64,000 nucleotides of DNA from Amoeboaphelidium protococcarum X5. Its lineage: Eukaryota > Fungi > Aphelidiomycota. Positions 26,357 to 39,695 of the stretch are shown one piece after another; position 1 is the stretch's first letter; the number at the start of each line of letters is the position of its first letter. The DNA lies in NCBI GenBank assembly GCA_023515725.1, contig JALDTO010000098.1, forward strand, positions 1,204,164 to 1,268,163, written 5' to 3'. The notes beneath the pieces are model-generated. The model made no database searches and was not told the DNA's origin. It saw only the letters and a list, made by a program, of their open reading frames with translations. Both the position numbers and the translations under genes were made by a program.

Positions 26357-28114
26357 ATGTCTTTTAAAAATAAAAAAGTGCTGTCACCGCGTCACTTAGC
26401 GTTCAAGTCAATGACCAGATTGAATGAGTATATTAGGCAGCGACGTATACCTGAGGCAATTCAGGCAGTAGTTGGTCCTGATGCTTAGATATTGTCAGCA
26501 GGTGAAAAGAGAGTGGAATTCTACGCTGATAAATGTAATTTCAAGTTTCCTAAATATCAAGATTAAGAATAATAATACTCCGTCCGTGATAGCAATGATG
26601 ATGATGCCGCTGTTATTCAGTATAATGGTGTACATGACGATGGTGGAGAGGTATCATTGGGTGAAAAGCAGACGCGTACAATTGCTCGATCTGCAGCCAG
26701 ACGCCCTGAGCCATATAATGTTCTACTCAGAACTCTATCATCACATGGTCTATATAAGGAGTGTTTTAAGCTGTACAGCGAGATGCTCTAGAATCGTGTT
26801 AGGCCATCTGGTGAGACTTACACTTCCCTATTTTAAGCGTGTAGTCGGAATTTGTCGCATATTCAAAAGGAGAAAGGCGTTGTACCTAGTGCTATGAGTA
26901 ATACAGCATACAGGAAGGCTGTGCATCTATTTTCTCACCTGGACTCTTCACCGTCGTCTACTCAAAGGTCCTCTTAACTTAATCGATATCACGTCAATGC
27001 TTTCCTCAAGTGTGCTGTACGCGTCAGAGATTATCATACCATATTTGATGGTGTCTATAAGCGCATGAATATTGTTAATAGTTAATAGAGATCGCGTGAG
27101 ATTTTATCTCTAGTTGATTATCTGGAGACTACCACCAAGTCTGGTAATAATGGTGCTGCATAGATTAAAGAGTAACATGAAGATATTAGAAATCGGCTCT
27201 TACACTCTCTATCAGGCAATTCATTATCCTCAAATACCGTTATGTCTGACAGCGATATAGGCGATCAGAATATTGATTTATTACAAGATGGTGATAATGA
27301 TAAAGGCATCGAAAACTAAGTATAGTCTTCTCAGCTATGTGGAATTAGACCAGATGTAATTACATATTCTATTATCTTGAATGCGTGCTCATTAAGAGGC
27401 GGAGATGCGGCTTTCGAAGACGCCAAAGTGTTATGGAAGCACATTCACGCCGACCTTGCGCAGAGTAAAGATCAGACTCTAAAATTAAAATTGGATTCTC
27501 TCTAGAATTTCAGTTACCAGGGAACTGATCAGAAATCTGAGAAGTAATCAAAAAATATCCATAGTGGGAACTAGAAGAAGAAGAATTCCGATAGACGGAG
27601 AGAGATAGTGTTGGATCAGCAGAGGTATAAAACGTGGCAGGAGATTGAATAGGACAATCAGGATAGATTCAGTGACAAGTATCCCATTATCAATGTGGAC
27701 TGTGATTTGATTAATTCAATGTTGATGGTGTGCAAGAACGCATAAGCTCTTGGTAAGATAACATACGGTCTTATGGTGGCTTAGTAAGAGTTTGGATAGG
27801 CGTTCTAGTGGTGGTAGATTGACCGACAATGTGGAACAAAGTTATCACATTACCTGCCGCGTTAGTCTGCTGGTAAATAGAGCTCTGATTACGATAAGCA
27901 ATCTCTTCAAAGTTTATCTATAGCGCCTATATTGCCAAATTCCAAGACTCTTATGGTATTGCTTTAGATATTGAAGAAGATAGGCACAGATGGTGAGGAT
28001 GTTGAAAAGTTTTATCGTTACATGACTTCTGGTTCTATAAATGTTGCAGTTAAGCCTGACGATGCACTAACTCTGTATGCTTAACGCTGTTTTAAATAGG
28101 TCAGTGAATAGTGA
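26357..28114 (+). CDS. Pentatricopeptide-repeat (PPR) protein, probably mitochondrial (585 aa)
   Basis: ATG 26357 to TGA 28112-28114. PPR-like motifs GIRPDVITYSIILNACS, YHVNAFLKCAVR, DLINSMLMVCKN, LPNSKTLMVLL. Confidence 0.72.
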
Positions 28115-28309
28115 TGTGATATACAGTAACGTAGTATCTTGTGAGTCCTGTCAGAAATCCTCTTTAATTGATGCAATATGCTTCTACATTAGGAGACTAA
28201 AGGTGTTTGTAATAGAAATCGTTTAATAAAATATAAAAAGTAACTATATCATCAAACTATGAGTGTATTTTTAATGAATTTTAAACTCACTTCATCATAA
28301 CTTGCATCA

Positions 28310-30241
28310 TCAAATAGTCATTGGTCCTTGCTGCAAGAAAGGCACAGTATCATCAATTTTAGTCAAACCCTTAATATCTGCCTCTTTTTGTGCTTGACGA
28401 TAAGCATCAAGGAAATGATCAGTATCTTTCTTCTCATCTGCAGTCAGTTCACCAGACTTCCATTTGTTGTATCGGGTGATACCACCTCTGTGATACACGA
28501 TGAAGCCATAGATTCCTTGGGCTTTCACAGCTTTGCAGAATGCCTGAGCCGCAAGCTTATATCCAGCAGCATTAGGCTGATTCATGATGTTGATGTCAGA
28601 CATATCATATCCGAAATCAGTGAGATGCTTGATGTTCATGCGGAGAGGGCCAATTTCCTGACTCTCTTGACCAAGCTTGCCAATTTCCTTCTGGTTCTGT
28701 TCAGTAGGCCAGTTCTTGGTGCAAGTAGTTTCCACAGTAGCACCGCCAATGTAGAAAGTCTTGATAGGTTCACCTTCGCCACATTCAGAAGCCAATCCCT
28801 CGAAACTAGCCTTTTTAAACTCTGCAGCACCAGGGACTTGCATAGTACCACCATTGTTCTTTTCGGAGCAACTCTGCTAAGAGTGATCATAATCCCACTC
28901 GATAGCTCCACCGTAAGCAGGCGCATTAGGGGTCTTGTTATCAGAAGGGGGTTTTGGAGCGTATGCAGGAGCGTTAGAAGGACCTGGAGATGAAGGAGAG
29001 TCCTTGTTGTATGCAGGTGCATTCTGCTGCTAATCAGACTTTTTGTCATCATGGTTGTTATATGCGGGAGCATTCTGTTAAGCTGGAGAGTCTTGCTTAT
29101 ATGCGGGAGCATTTTGCTAGTTAGGTGCTTCTTGCTTGTATGCAGGAGCATTAGCCTTGCCAGCATCAGGAGAAGGGCTACTTCCATATGCAGGAGCATT
29201 AGCCTTGCCAGCATCAGGAGATGGACTCTTTCCATAAGCAGGAGCATTAGCTGGTGGTGTCCCAGCAGAACCAGGCTTCTGAGCAGGGATGTTAACTGGT
29301 GCAGTGTTATTTTTAACAGCCACAGGAGCAGTCATATTATTCTTACTGACAGTCTGATTATAGGCTGGAGCTGCAGTAACATTACCGCTATTACCAGCAC
29401 CGGCTTGAGTAGTAGGACATGGAGCATCACCGGACGGCGAAGGAACAGGTGATGGAGAAGGGGACGGACTCGCTTTAGATGCACTAGGACTTGGACTTGA
29501 ACCGCTTTTAGACGGAGAGTCGGTAGGACAAGGAGCAGCTGGACTCGCCTAAGGTGATACAGAAGGAGGCATGGAAGGAGAAGAAGAAGCCGGCTTAGGT
29601 TGAGGGACAGGAGCAGGTGCAGGAGATGGTTGAGGCTAAGCCATAGGTGCTGGTACAGGAGCAGTATTACTATTGCTAACAGGCGCCGGAGTAGGGGCAT
29701 CAGAGTCAGGGCAAGGCGCTTTAGGAGCAGGGCCAGACGAACCATATCCAGCAGGTGCCGATGATGGAGCAGATGACGGTACTGGTGCAGGAGACGGATT
29801 AGTGGCTGGAGCACCATAACCAGCAGGCGCCACAGGAGATTGTGATGGCTGTGGTGCAGGGGAAGGAATGGCTGCCGGAGCTCCATAACCAGGAGCGGCA
29901 GATGGGGAAGTCGAAGGCACTGGCACTGGCATTGGTGCCGATGGCTAATTAACGCAATTACCATCACACGCAGACTGAGGTGCCTTTGCAGGACTCGAGA
30001 CTGGAACATACACCTTACATGGTGGTTTAGCCGGACGATTACTAGCATCCATCAGAGAAGAGGAAGGACGCGGTCTGCACTTCATAGGAGGCAGCTGGGG
30101 AGTACCTTGAGCAGGAGCTGTAGCAGGTCCCTATGAAGACTCTACACCATAAGACTACGCGTCAACAGACTGCACAGCAAAGAGAGCAAATGCAATCATG
30201 ACAAATTTCTTTACACTTACACGAGAATTAACACGATGCAT
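28310..30241 (-). CDS. Secreted protein (643 aa): Pro/Ser/Ala stalk with NAPAY repeats plus a C-terminal GH134-like (lysozyme-fold mannanase-like) domain
   Basis: Signal-like KKFVMIAFALFAVQSVDA; frame open to TGA 28312-28310. The C-terminal motifs GTMQVPG..EFKK, GATVET, EIGPLRMN and GFIVYHRGG parallel recalled GH134 motifs (GSYTVSGLG.RKQ, AMLET, NFG.FKQN, WFAGHRNG). The family call is inference. Confidence 0.7.
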
Positions 30242-30786
30242 CTTGATTAATAATAAGTCTATCTATAAAAATAATATATATAAAGTTAGTGTGTTGGATG
30301 ATACTAATAGCACAAACTATAGATGAGTGAATTTTATATATATATAATAGTTATTAAAGATGGAAGAAGAAGAAGTACCATCCAAGGTGCACACATTACA
30401 TCAAATGCAACATTCAGATCCGGTGTGCCTCCATGTAACTTCATGGCGGTCAGCAGTGCCAATAGGATATTGCCAGCGAATCAAACAGTTACACAAAGTA
30501 GAGATCACGCACGTTACCATATAAACGAGAAGTTGCAGTTACAGATAATGGTTTAATATCTTTTTTTTTAAAAATGCAAGTCTTACATAAAGTACATAGA
30601 TGTTTTCCAATCTTTGTTTTAATCAGTCAGTCGTATACTTCAGTACATACTGTAACAACACTCGTCTCCTCTCGCGTGTTTCGTTCATTTTTAGTTTCCT
30701 TTATACAAAGCGAGGTACTTTATTCCACCTGTTTTTACCCCATCCACATCAAGAAACTTCATCTTATAGTACAATATATACTAGAT

Positions 30787-31803
30787 ATGAAGTTGATAGT
30801 CTAAAGAGCCATTCTATTAGTAATCGCTATATTCAACCAGGTTGTTTATGGTTACACGACTGGGTACAAGGCGAATAAGCTTGTTAAAGACTTGAATGCT
30901 CAGATCAAGAGTCAGGGCAAGTACACTTTAAAGGTTAATACTCATGCGTACGATATGTTCACAGAGTCACCTCGTAATTATTCGCTTGTCCTGCTGATTA
31001 CAGCGACGGATCCATCGGTCAAGTGTTAGCCTTGTATTCTATTTGCACCTGAATTTGAACTTGCCGCCAAGAGTTGGTACTTGACTCAAAGTAGAGCGTC
31101 CGCTGATCCTAATCCTCTCTACTTTGGAGTTGTCGATTACTCTTATGCCAAGGAGGTGTTTTAGAAGAACAAGATTGAGACTGTGCCTAGTGTGTAGTAT
31201 TTGCCACCAACTGAGGGTGACAACAAGTAGCCAGATGGAGTCGTTTAGTCCTACTAGATCAAATCGTTTGATGCTGAAGATTTTGCCAACTGGGTAGGGC
31301 GTGTATCTAGTCATGGCTTTAAAATCTAGAAGCCTGTTGACTATACAATCTATATCGTTGTGCCTGTTGTTATTGTAGCATTGGGTGCTTTTATCAAGGT
31401 TGTTGGTCCATAGCTATCATCGGCTGCTGCACAAATTCTAACCAACCGTCACATTTATATGTCGGCGTCAATTCTGTTTATAATAAGTATGTGCTCTGGA
31501 ACCATGTGGAATTCTATTCGAGGTGCTCCGTATGCTGGACGTGGTTAGAATGGGGAAATGGAACTGTTTAATGGTAATTTTCAGGCTCAGTATCAGGTGG
31601 AGAGTCAGATTATAACTTGTCTGTATGCAGCACTCGCCGCCTGTATGGTGATGTTTAGTAAAAGAATTCCGCTGATCAAAGATGCCAGCCAGCAGAGACT
31701 AGCAGTGTACATTCTGCTCGGAGTCTTCTTCTTGTTGTACTCTGCTCTAATGGCAATATTCCGTATGAAGAATGGTGGATATCCTTTCAAATTGTTCCTG
31801 TGA
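30787..31803 (+). CDS. Oligosaccharyltransferase subunit, OST3/OST6 (TUSC3/MAGT1) family
   Basis: Signal peptide, PRNYS, thioredoxin-like CQPC (Q encoded by TAG), MCSGTMWNSIRGAPY, QYQVESQI, terminal FRMKNGGYPFKLFL. Confidence 0.93.
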
Positions 31804-32270
31804 ATTTTCTGAATTAATTTTACTAATTCCATAAACATAATCTGTTATTGTTCACGATCGCGCAATTTTTACTGTAGGCATTTTGATCTTACACGGGGTG
31901 TCGCTAATCGACTCTACGTGTGATTAATCAAGTGGAGTGAGTAACCGGAATGATTGATCCGTGTCTGAGTCGCCTTTGACTCTGCATTTGAATCGACGCG
32001 TCGGCTTATCCCTTCATCTCTCCCCTTTCTTGTTCTTCTTCGATTGACTCTCTTAACAGAACAAGATCATCAAGACGCGTGTGAAATTGCTGTAGACTAT
32101 TTTGTTTCTTAGTTTTCTTCTGCTGATTACTCATAGACTCACTCAACTTGATAGGATTGTCTGCTAGTAAACAATAAGGTGTTAGGTGTAATTTACATTG
32201 TCATTTTTTGATATAGAAAAGTATCAGTATTTGAATTTTGATCGTTAAAGTAAAGTAAAGGGGAGTAGTA

Positions 32271-33677
32271 ATGACTGAGACCGTGGTGATTGAAGATTAT
32301 AGATTCCCGGTGGTGAAAGGGAATGAGCATAGATTAATTTTGATGTCTGCAGTTGGCGCACTAACAGTACAAGCTCTATTTAGATGGAATTTTGTATGGT
32401 TTGCTCTGTTCTCGTCCTTATTCGTATTCCTATTCATTTACACATATGCTCGTAAACTGCTTGCTGATTATGCCCACGTACACTATGGCGGTTACAAGAT
32501 TGAGTGGAATCGGCCAGAGATTCGAATCAAGATTGTTAATATCACCACGTGGATAGACTGGTTTGATATTCCATCACTTGGCCATCTACCCGTTCCTTTA
32601 AATCTTGTCTACAAACCATTGCCTTGGGAGAGACGTGTTGATGATAATCGATTTCAGGCAAGGATTCCACTGGAGCGCTGGGAGGAGAAGATTCGCTTGA
32701 TTCTGACTTGTATCGGCGAAATTGATATCTCCGTCAGGATGCCTAAAGCTGGATAGAAATTGATGAAAATAAGTGTATAGGATGTGCGATAACACATGCC
32801 TCAAGAGACTGCTTAGATATCCTCAGAATAGAGAATTCTATTCCCAGAGGGGTATCCTAATTTGATTGAACCTCTGTATAGATGGTGGATGAGAATTGGG
32901 GCATTCGGAGGACACGTATTGGTGAAGAATCTAGGCAAACTGGTTGAAGTGTCTATTAAGAAGGTGGAGATGCACAATCTACCTAATCCGGCCAGTCTAA
33001 CCTTTGTTTTGAATGAAGAAGATTCACAGTCTGTGAGTCCATTGCATCGCATTCTGAATGAGAGCGCCGAGTCTCTAAAGTAGCCAGAGTATAACACGGT
33101 GCGCAATGATAAAGACACACTCACCGTGTTGATTAATGAAGTTTAATTGGAGTTGCCCGTCACGGAAGATTATACTACGGTGAAGGCATACGGTATCTCG
33201 GTATATGAAGGCAGAAATTACACTCTACATACGTCCTCTAACGGTAATATAAATAACAGTGCCGTGGCAGCAGTTGTTAATGGTGCCATACTTTAAATTT
33301 CATTGTCCGATTTTGAACGCAAACTTCCCTTAGAGTTCAAGCCGAGTAGACATACTGTGGTCCTGGCTTAGGATAAAGTATTGTCTAGGCGATTATTGAG
33401 TGTCAAGGTTGGCGTGGAGAGTATTCCTCCGTACTCTGTGAACAGCAAGTACATGGATACACTGATCAGTACTACCAAGACTGTGTTTATCAGAAAGTTT
33501 TAACGCGACTCAGAGTCACAGTCTATCATGTAATCTAGTATTCCTATATTTGGGCGTCTGTGGGAAGGTAGTGGAATGAGTTATCTGACGCGTCATGCTC
33601 TATCAGAGACTGTCAGCAGTTTGGCTAAACGGAGTGGCCCTGTAAGTGTTTCTGGCCACATTAATTTGATGTGGTGA
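32271..33677 (+). CDS. Hypothetical membrane protein (468 aa); N-terminal TM hairpin, possibly a degenerate SMP+C2 architecture
   Basis: Single open frame from ATG 32271 to TGA 33675-33677; hydrophobic segment WNFVWFALFSSLFVFLFIY. The domain guess is weak. Confidence 0.6.
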
Positions 33678-33838
33678 TTTAACTGAGACTGGTTTGAGTG
33701 CATGCCATTTATCGTCAAGTAATTATGAGTAGAATAATATTAATATAGCAACTATATATCTACGTTAACAGTACTAAACAATTTAGTACTAATCACTGAA
33801 AGCCATAAAGTCTGTACCGTAAGGACACGTGCATCAAT

Positions 33839-35223
33839 TCATAGTACTGTGGCAACAGCTTTCTCTAGCAACTCTAGCATAATCGCATTCAGTACAGCGT
33901 CCATCGTCTTGGTGTCCGTGGCATGAGTTTCTTTAATGTAAATCTTTCTCTTCTTGTACTTGTTGGTATCAGAAAAGGCCACCTTGAAGATATACTTCAG
34001 ACAGTTCAGAGCATCATCACATGAACTAATCTTATGAACTTTAGCCGCCAGTTGCTCATTGGCAACCTGTGCAATAAACACTTTAAATTTCTCCACATCA
34101 AATCTACTCTTGAATAGATCAACCTTGTTTAGAAATAAAATCACAGGCCTAGTGCTCAGAAAGTCATCATGCATACACTCCTTGAACGTGTTGTACGCGT
34201 CCAACATCTGGTTAGTGGTCTTATCTTCTAACATTACTTGATCATATGATGATATCGGGGCAACATAAAGCACAAAATCTACTTGATCAAAAAATGATGT
34301 CCACTTCTTGCGCAGATGCACCTGACCACCAACATCAAACACTTTCAAGTCGTGATTTGGGCGTACATTCTAGAATAACACCTCCTGACTGGCCCTGGTG
34401 GAGAGGCGGCAATACAGAACATCCTGATCAGTGGCAATAAAGTCATCATCCATCACTCTATCCGCATTCTCTATCCAGTACTGAGTGGCATCAGCAAGAC
34501 CAAGTTCTGAGGATCTCTTTAGCATTTCAGACAATTCCGTACTCTGTCTCAGCTTCTTTATCAAATTCGTGATATTCTGGTGATACTTTTACTGAAAATC
34601 CATTTCACTATAATGCTGAACATACTCATCAGCAGCACTCTACACATTGATGATATAATCAGAAAATGGATTGCAACTTGCACTATAGATTTGTATAATA
34701 ATAAATTATTACCTCTTATAAGTGATCAGCAAACTTGATCTGAGCATACTTTCGCTTTCTCAAGACATCGTACACGCAACTCAGCAGATTGTTCTGACAG
34801 GTTTGACTTTGATGTCTTCTGATATCATCCAAACCATGTGAAGTGTACTTGATCTTCATCTATTTTAAAACTGTAGATTTTCCAGCCGCTGAGGGACCTA
34901 CATACAAATACATATAGAAATGTTCTAGTGAGAATTAAAAGTGATAGTGATAATTCTCACCCAACAATAAGATTGACGTAGATCGTCTGTTGATCTCGAT
35001 GATTGACGTTCTGTCTCGTCTGATCACCTTATCGATGCTCTTTGCTCGCTCAGCCCGTCCCTCTGGAGTTACTTCAGATCCGACAGAGTCATATATAAAC
35101 TAAGATCCACTTAATTTACTCTTTCCCAATTCATCTACCTATGACGAAAGATAAATAAGATGTTGTGAACATGAGAATGATAATTTTACGCATTGGCTCA
35201 GCCCGCATGTCATCGTCGCTCAT
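33839..35223 (-). CDS. Divergent heterotrimeric G-protein alpha subunit (start uncertain)
   Basis: ILLLGPSAAGKSTVLKQMKI, DQDVLYCRLST, FDVGGQ...RKKW, ILFLNKVDLF, THATDT. Introns 34898-34960 and 34640-34712, probably another near 35136-35189. Confidence 0.88.
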
Positions 35224-35621
35224 TTACCGATAATCTCTACCCAAGGGCTGCCTTGCTAATGGAATTAATTTTCCACCTGATATCCAGCTGTGTGGTATAC
35301 ATTTGCTTATCAATGCTCCCATTATGTTAATAAGTTATCAAAGCGATTGTATATCAGATGTCAAAGTTATACAATAGGCGGGGCTAGACTGAAACAAGTA
35401 AAGATCAGCAGACAGTTTGTTGATCTTTGTTCTTTGTTTTGTTATCGCCTGCAGTTTTGCGTGTCGACGACTCTCGTTGACAACAGCAGAGCTCAATCTG
35501 ATTTACAGTAGGATCATTCATATGAAAGAGGCTTTAACATTGAAGAATTTAATAAAAGACTTGAAATTTTAATTTATATTAAAATAGTAGTATTTGGATG
35601 TATTCATTACTACTAATTTGT

Positions 35622-37964
35622 TCATTAGATCAGTTAGTTACAAATGAATGCACGGTATCTGTCGTTTTACTGCAGTGCCATCTTATAAGCGTCATCGTCG
35701 CCTTGCAAACTGATGCCAGCTAGATTTAGATTTTATACAGGTAGTAGACTCGATAAAAATGATCCCACCACAGATGACATTGATAATATAGTCTATGCAA
35801 AATTATAGCCTTGAGAACCACTCGTCACCTAATCGTCAGAGTGGAATAACAATCTCTTTAACTCATCGTTCATCACATCGCGCTCATCTACTCCCAAAGA
35901 TGCCACATACTATGAGAATTTTGAAAACTATCGTTGTTACTAGCCAAATACCTTGTACAGCTCAGGAAGCAATATCTGAGGATACTTGTTGATTGCAATA
36001 CTTCGGTATATTCCAGCATAAGGATGGATAGACCATACAGATTCAGCATTTGACGTATGTAGCATACATTAAGCAGGCGGATATGGATCATTGGATTGAG
36101 CCAACTACATTCCCCAATAATTAACGTCATGAACATAAATGGAGTTATCAACGGAGAGTAACATGGAATTCCAGCCTTTAGTCTTATTGGTCGGTCTCTG
36201 AGAGTCACCCAAGTTACCATTCGGTAGAAACTTCGGATAATATAAATGACTGTACAGAGCATTAGGAATAGGCGTACTATCAACAAGATCCATCAACACA
36301 AGGTGTCTATTTAGACTTGACCGATCTTCTAACGTTATAGTTCCATCAGTAGGTTCTAAATCAGAAGCTAAAGATATTTATAATCTCAACCATGATAGTG
36401 GAGTATCAAAATACTCACCATCAATTGACAGCACTTTATCAAATGGCCTATTCCACAAAGATGACGCGTAATGAACGTACAAATCAGCCAGAACATTATG
36501 ATATTCATCGATTGAGGGCAACTACTGGCATATTGACACTTCGCTAGGAGACAATCGTAAATTCAACTTGTCAACTATGCGTGGAGCAATATATATACTA
36601 CCACGCACAAGAGCACCTACATATTTCAACTTGGACATCAAGGTATCACGCTAAACATTTTTATCCTTTCGGCCAGACTATAGAGTGGATAATTGTGTAA
36701 GATAGGACAGAGCAAAGCTGTAAACCAAGTGAGGATATTTGAAGATGATAATTTAGAAGCCTTCTTAGTCAGCAGAAAGCGCGTCATACAATTGATTCAA
36801 GAAATCATAATCTTCACATCTATAGGCAACAGTATCAATTAAGCATAAAACCGCCAGATCATCTGTTAATTGAATAGACGCAATCATCTTCAAAGGCATC
36901 TAAATGTCCATGCAATATTTTAAAATACGCAGAGACTCTTCCAAATGTCCTTATCGCATCTAAATGTACGACCTCAAGAATAAAGACTGTAGGTATATTC
37001 TACTATGATAATCGAAGAAAGATAACTTCAATGAACTACCACCGCGCCAAGTCTTGCTCAGGGAGAAGAGACGCTCATAAAGGTACACAACTTTGCCCAC
37101 TTGACGCGTCAGAGAGTCCAAGTCTATCTACTACTAGACTCCAGAAGACTATCTAGACAGAGCCATGATCATTTTAGAGTGAATAACAAAAGGCTGTAAA
37201 GCACCTCCTTACTCGGTAAAGCTCAATTCTTCTATAATCTGAACATTATTCAGCATTAGAGCATGTATGCACAACTTTGTGACAGACAGAGACTCCTTAT
37301 GCTTTTATGGATCCACACTCAAATAATACACACATCGCTCATCATCAAACTGCAATTCCAAATGCTTTTGTAACACACTCATCACTGGATAACCATTACA
37401 TTCTGCATTAGACAGAAATTGACATTTCTATATCTACCACTTTCCTGAGCGTTATTTGCCTTAACGATTAGCACTGGACTACTAAGGCTGGTGGCTTTTA
37501 AATACCTTTTACCATTAAGACATTGCATCGATATCTTGATTCTAAGAGTCGCTGTCATTCACCTATCCTTTGACTGAATGAGATTTAGCGAATTACTCCA
37601 AAAGATCCAAATCATTATCTACTTCTTATTATTATTACTGATCTTGACTCTCATTCTTTTGCAACAATTATTGTGGTTAATTCAAACTGGATGACTTTGA
37701 ACTCTTGGCGTCTTTCTAGCTCGATTCGATACTAGAGGCGATAATACTTTCTTTATCATCTTCAGTCGAATTGCTGCCATCTTCATTGTCCATAGTGAGT
37801 AAATCAAACGCATTCACTGCAGGGGCAACCATAATTTCATCATCATCATCATTATCACCATCGGTAGGAGAAGAATCAGAACCATTGTAATTTGGCTTTG
37901 AATGATCAACCACGTCTTGTTAATACTTGAGCTTTCTCAACTTTTTCAAGTGCCTTGAAGACAT
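35622..37964 (-). CDS. TCF25/Rqc1-like ribosome quality control protein (divergent)
   Basis: MSSRHLKKL start, NAFDLL, DDLAVLCLIDTVAYR, YPHLVYSFALS, C-terminal FLSSLLP; intron ~36368-36418; TGA 35624-35622. Confidence 0.72.
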
Positions 37965-38367
37965 TCTATTAAAATAAGATTACTTGAAAGAACTGGATAA
38001 TATCGCGCGTCTTTTTTTGTTAAAGAACTGCAGTATTTTAAACAGGAAAGAACGAGAGTGAGGAAAGCCGTTGTGTCAGTAGGATTTACACCACAGAAAA
38101 GGAAGGATCTCAAAAACGACGCGTATCTCGACAGTCACCACTACTGAACCAGAAAGCACGAAGGAGAACAAATGTGTGACTGTGAATGCCCTCTCGTTCA
38201 ATTCCTCTCTCGTTCCAAAGTTTCTTTTTGTTCTTGGGCGAGTTCTTTCTTTCTTTCTTGTACTAATTGATCTAAGTTTGGGTCATCCCTTTCATTTATT
38301 TACTTTAAGTATAGTATTTATTATTATAATAATAATAATAATAATAAACAGTAAAGAAGAAGCAGAA

Positions 38368-39288
38368 ATGGAAATATCACCGCTTGAGGAATTACAGTTC
38401 AAGAGACCGTTTACTCTGCCAGAGGCGTAGAAGCAGATTTTGCGGATCAAGAACACCTCATCCACCAATCCGATGGTTTTCAAGGTGAAGACTACTGCCC
38501 CTAAGCAGTATTGTGTTCGGCCTAATGCGTCAATTGTGCAGCCATAGTAGACCAAGGAGATTGCTATTCTACTGCAGCCAATGAAGGAAGATCCACCAGA
38601 GGATGTTCGCTCTAAAGACAAGTTTTTGATTCAGAGTTATCTAGTGGATTCCAAATCTGCAGACTATCAGTAGATGGAGGCCAGTGAGGGTGGTTCTGGT
38701 ACATTGGATATCTGGTCCATGGCTGAGAAGATTAAGGTTGGAGATTTGATGTAAGAAAAGTTGCGTGTATTGTACTTGCCAGCTGAAGGTGGAGTTAAAT
38801 TTGATTCTCCTTCCATGGCCAGTAGTAGTGGCGTTCAGAGTGTACCAGCTTCCAGTGCAGTCGCATCTACAAGTAATTCCTAGGCACCATCTTTTAGTTC
38901 TTATGTGAGTAAAGCGCCCGCTGTAGAGAGTATTGTACCTAATAAAGTGGCAGCTTCACCTGCAGTCAAGTCGCCAGTAGTGGAGTCAACTAAGGTTGCA
39001 CCGTCAACTTTAGCTGATATTGCTAAATAATAATCTAACGAGTCTGAATCTGCTGAAATTCTTCGCTTAAAAGCTCTCGTATAGTAATAAGAAAAGTAGA
39101 TTAAAGATTTAACTGCTGCATCAAAGGAGAATGAGCTGCGTAAGCGTAATACCAACGCGGTCAGTGATACTAAGGATGGAAAGCCTGCGCAATAGAGAAT
39201 GGTCATCCAGAAGATTGAAGGTTATCCTCTAGTTATGGTGATACTTGCAGCTGTATTGGGACTCATTCTTGGTATTGCTCTATTTTGA
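38368..39288 (+). CDS. VAMP-associated protein (VAP/Scs2): MSP domain, coiled coil, C-terminal TM
   Basis: LQFKRPF, VFKVKTTAPKQYCVRPN, KDKFLIQS; C-terminal tail anchor ILAAVLGLILGIALF. Confidence 0.93.
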
Positions 39289-39620
39289 TTGGTTGACATA
39301 CTGACACTGACATTGATACTTGAAATTTAAGAGATTGAGATAATACAGTATTTACTACATTTCTCCATTTAGTTTTGTAGTTTTTAATGAGCGCAGATTA
39401 TTTAAGCTAATAAATTGATACCCCTTAGACTTTTTCAATCCGCGCGTAAATACAATTCCACCAACTGTTTTATCTACGAATACAAAAGTGGGCGATCAAT
39501 GTTTTCGCGAAGAATAAAACACTTCACGGGATTAAACTACTCTTTAGATCAAGGAACTGGAGTAAATACAAAGCTATAACATCAAAAATAATTAACTTTA
39601 TGCAAAAGTTAAAAAGGAAT

Positions 39621-39695
39621 CGCCCAGTAGCGGGCTCGAACCGCTGACCTGTAGATTAAGAGTCTATCGCTCTACCGAAACTGAGCTAACCGGGC
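39621..39695 (-). tRNA. tRNA-Lys(CTT)
   Basis: GCCCGGTTAGCTCAGTTTCGGTAGAGCGATAGACTCTTAATCTACAGGTCAGCGGTTCGAGCCCGCTACTGGGCG: cloverleaf with A and B boxes, anticodon CTT, followed by a T5 Pol III terminator. Confidence 0.95.

Noticed and set aside
39621-39695. Possible TAA/TAG-decoding tRNA-Gln
   Set aside because: The anticodon loop reads CT-CTT-AA and the body is Lys-type, so it is ordinary tRNA-Lys(CTT).
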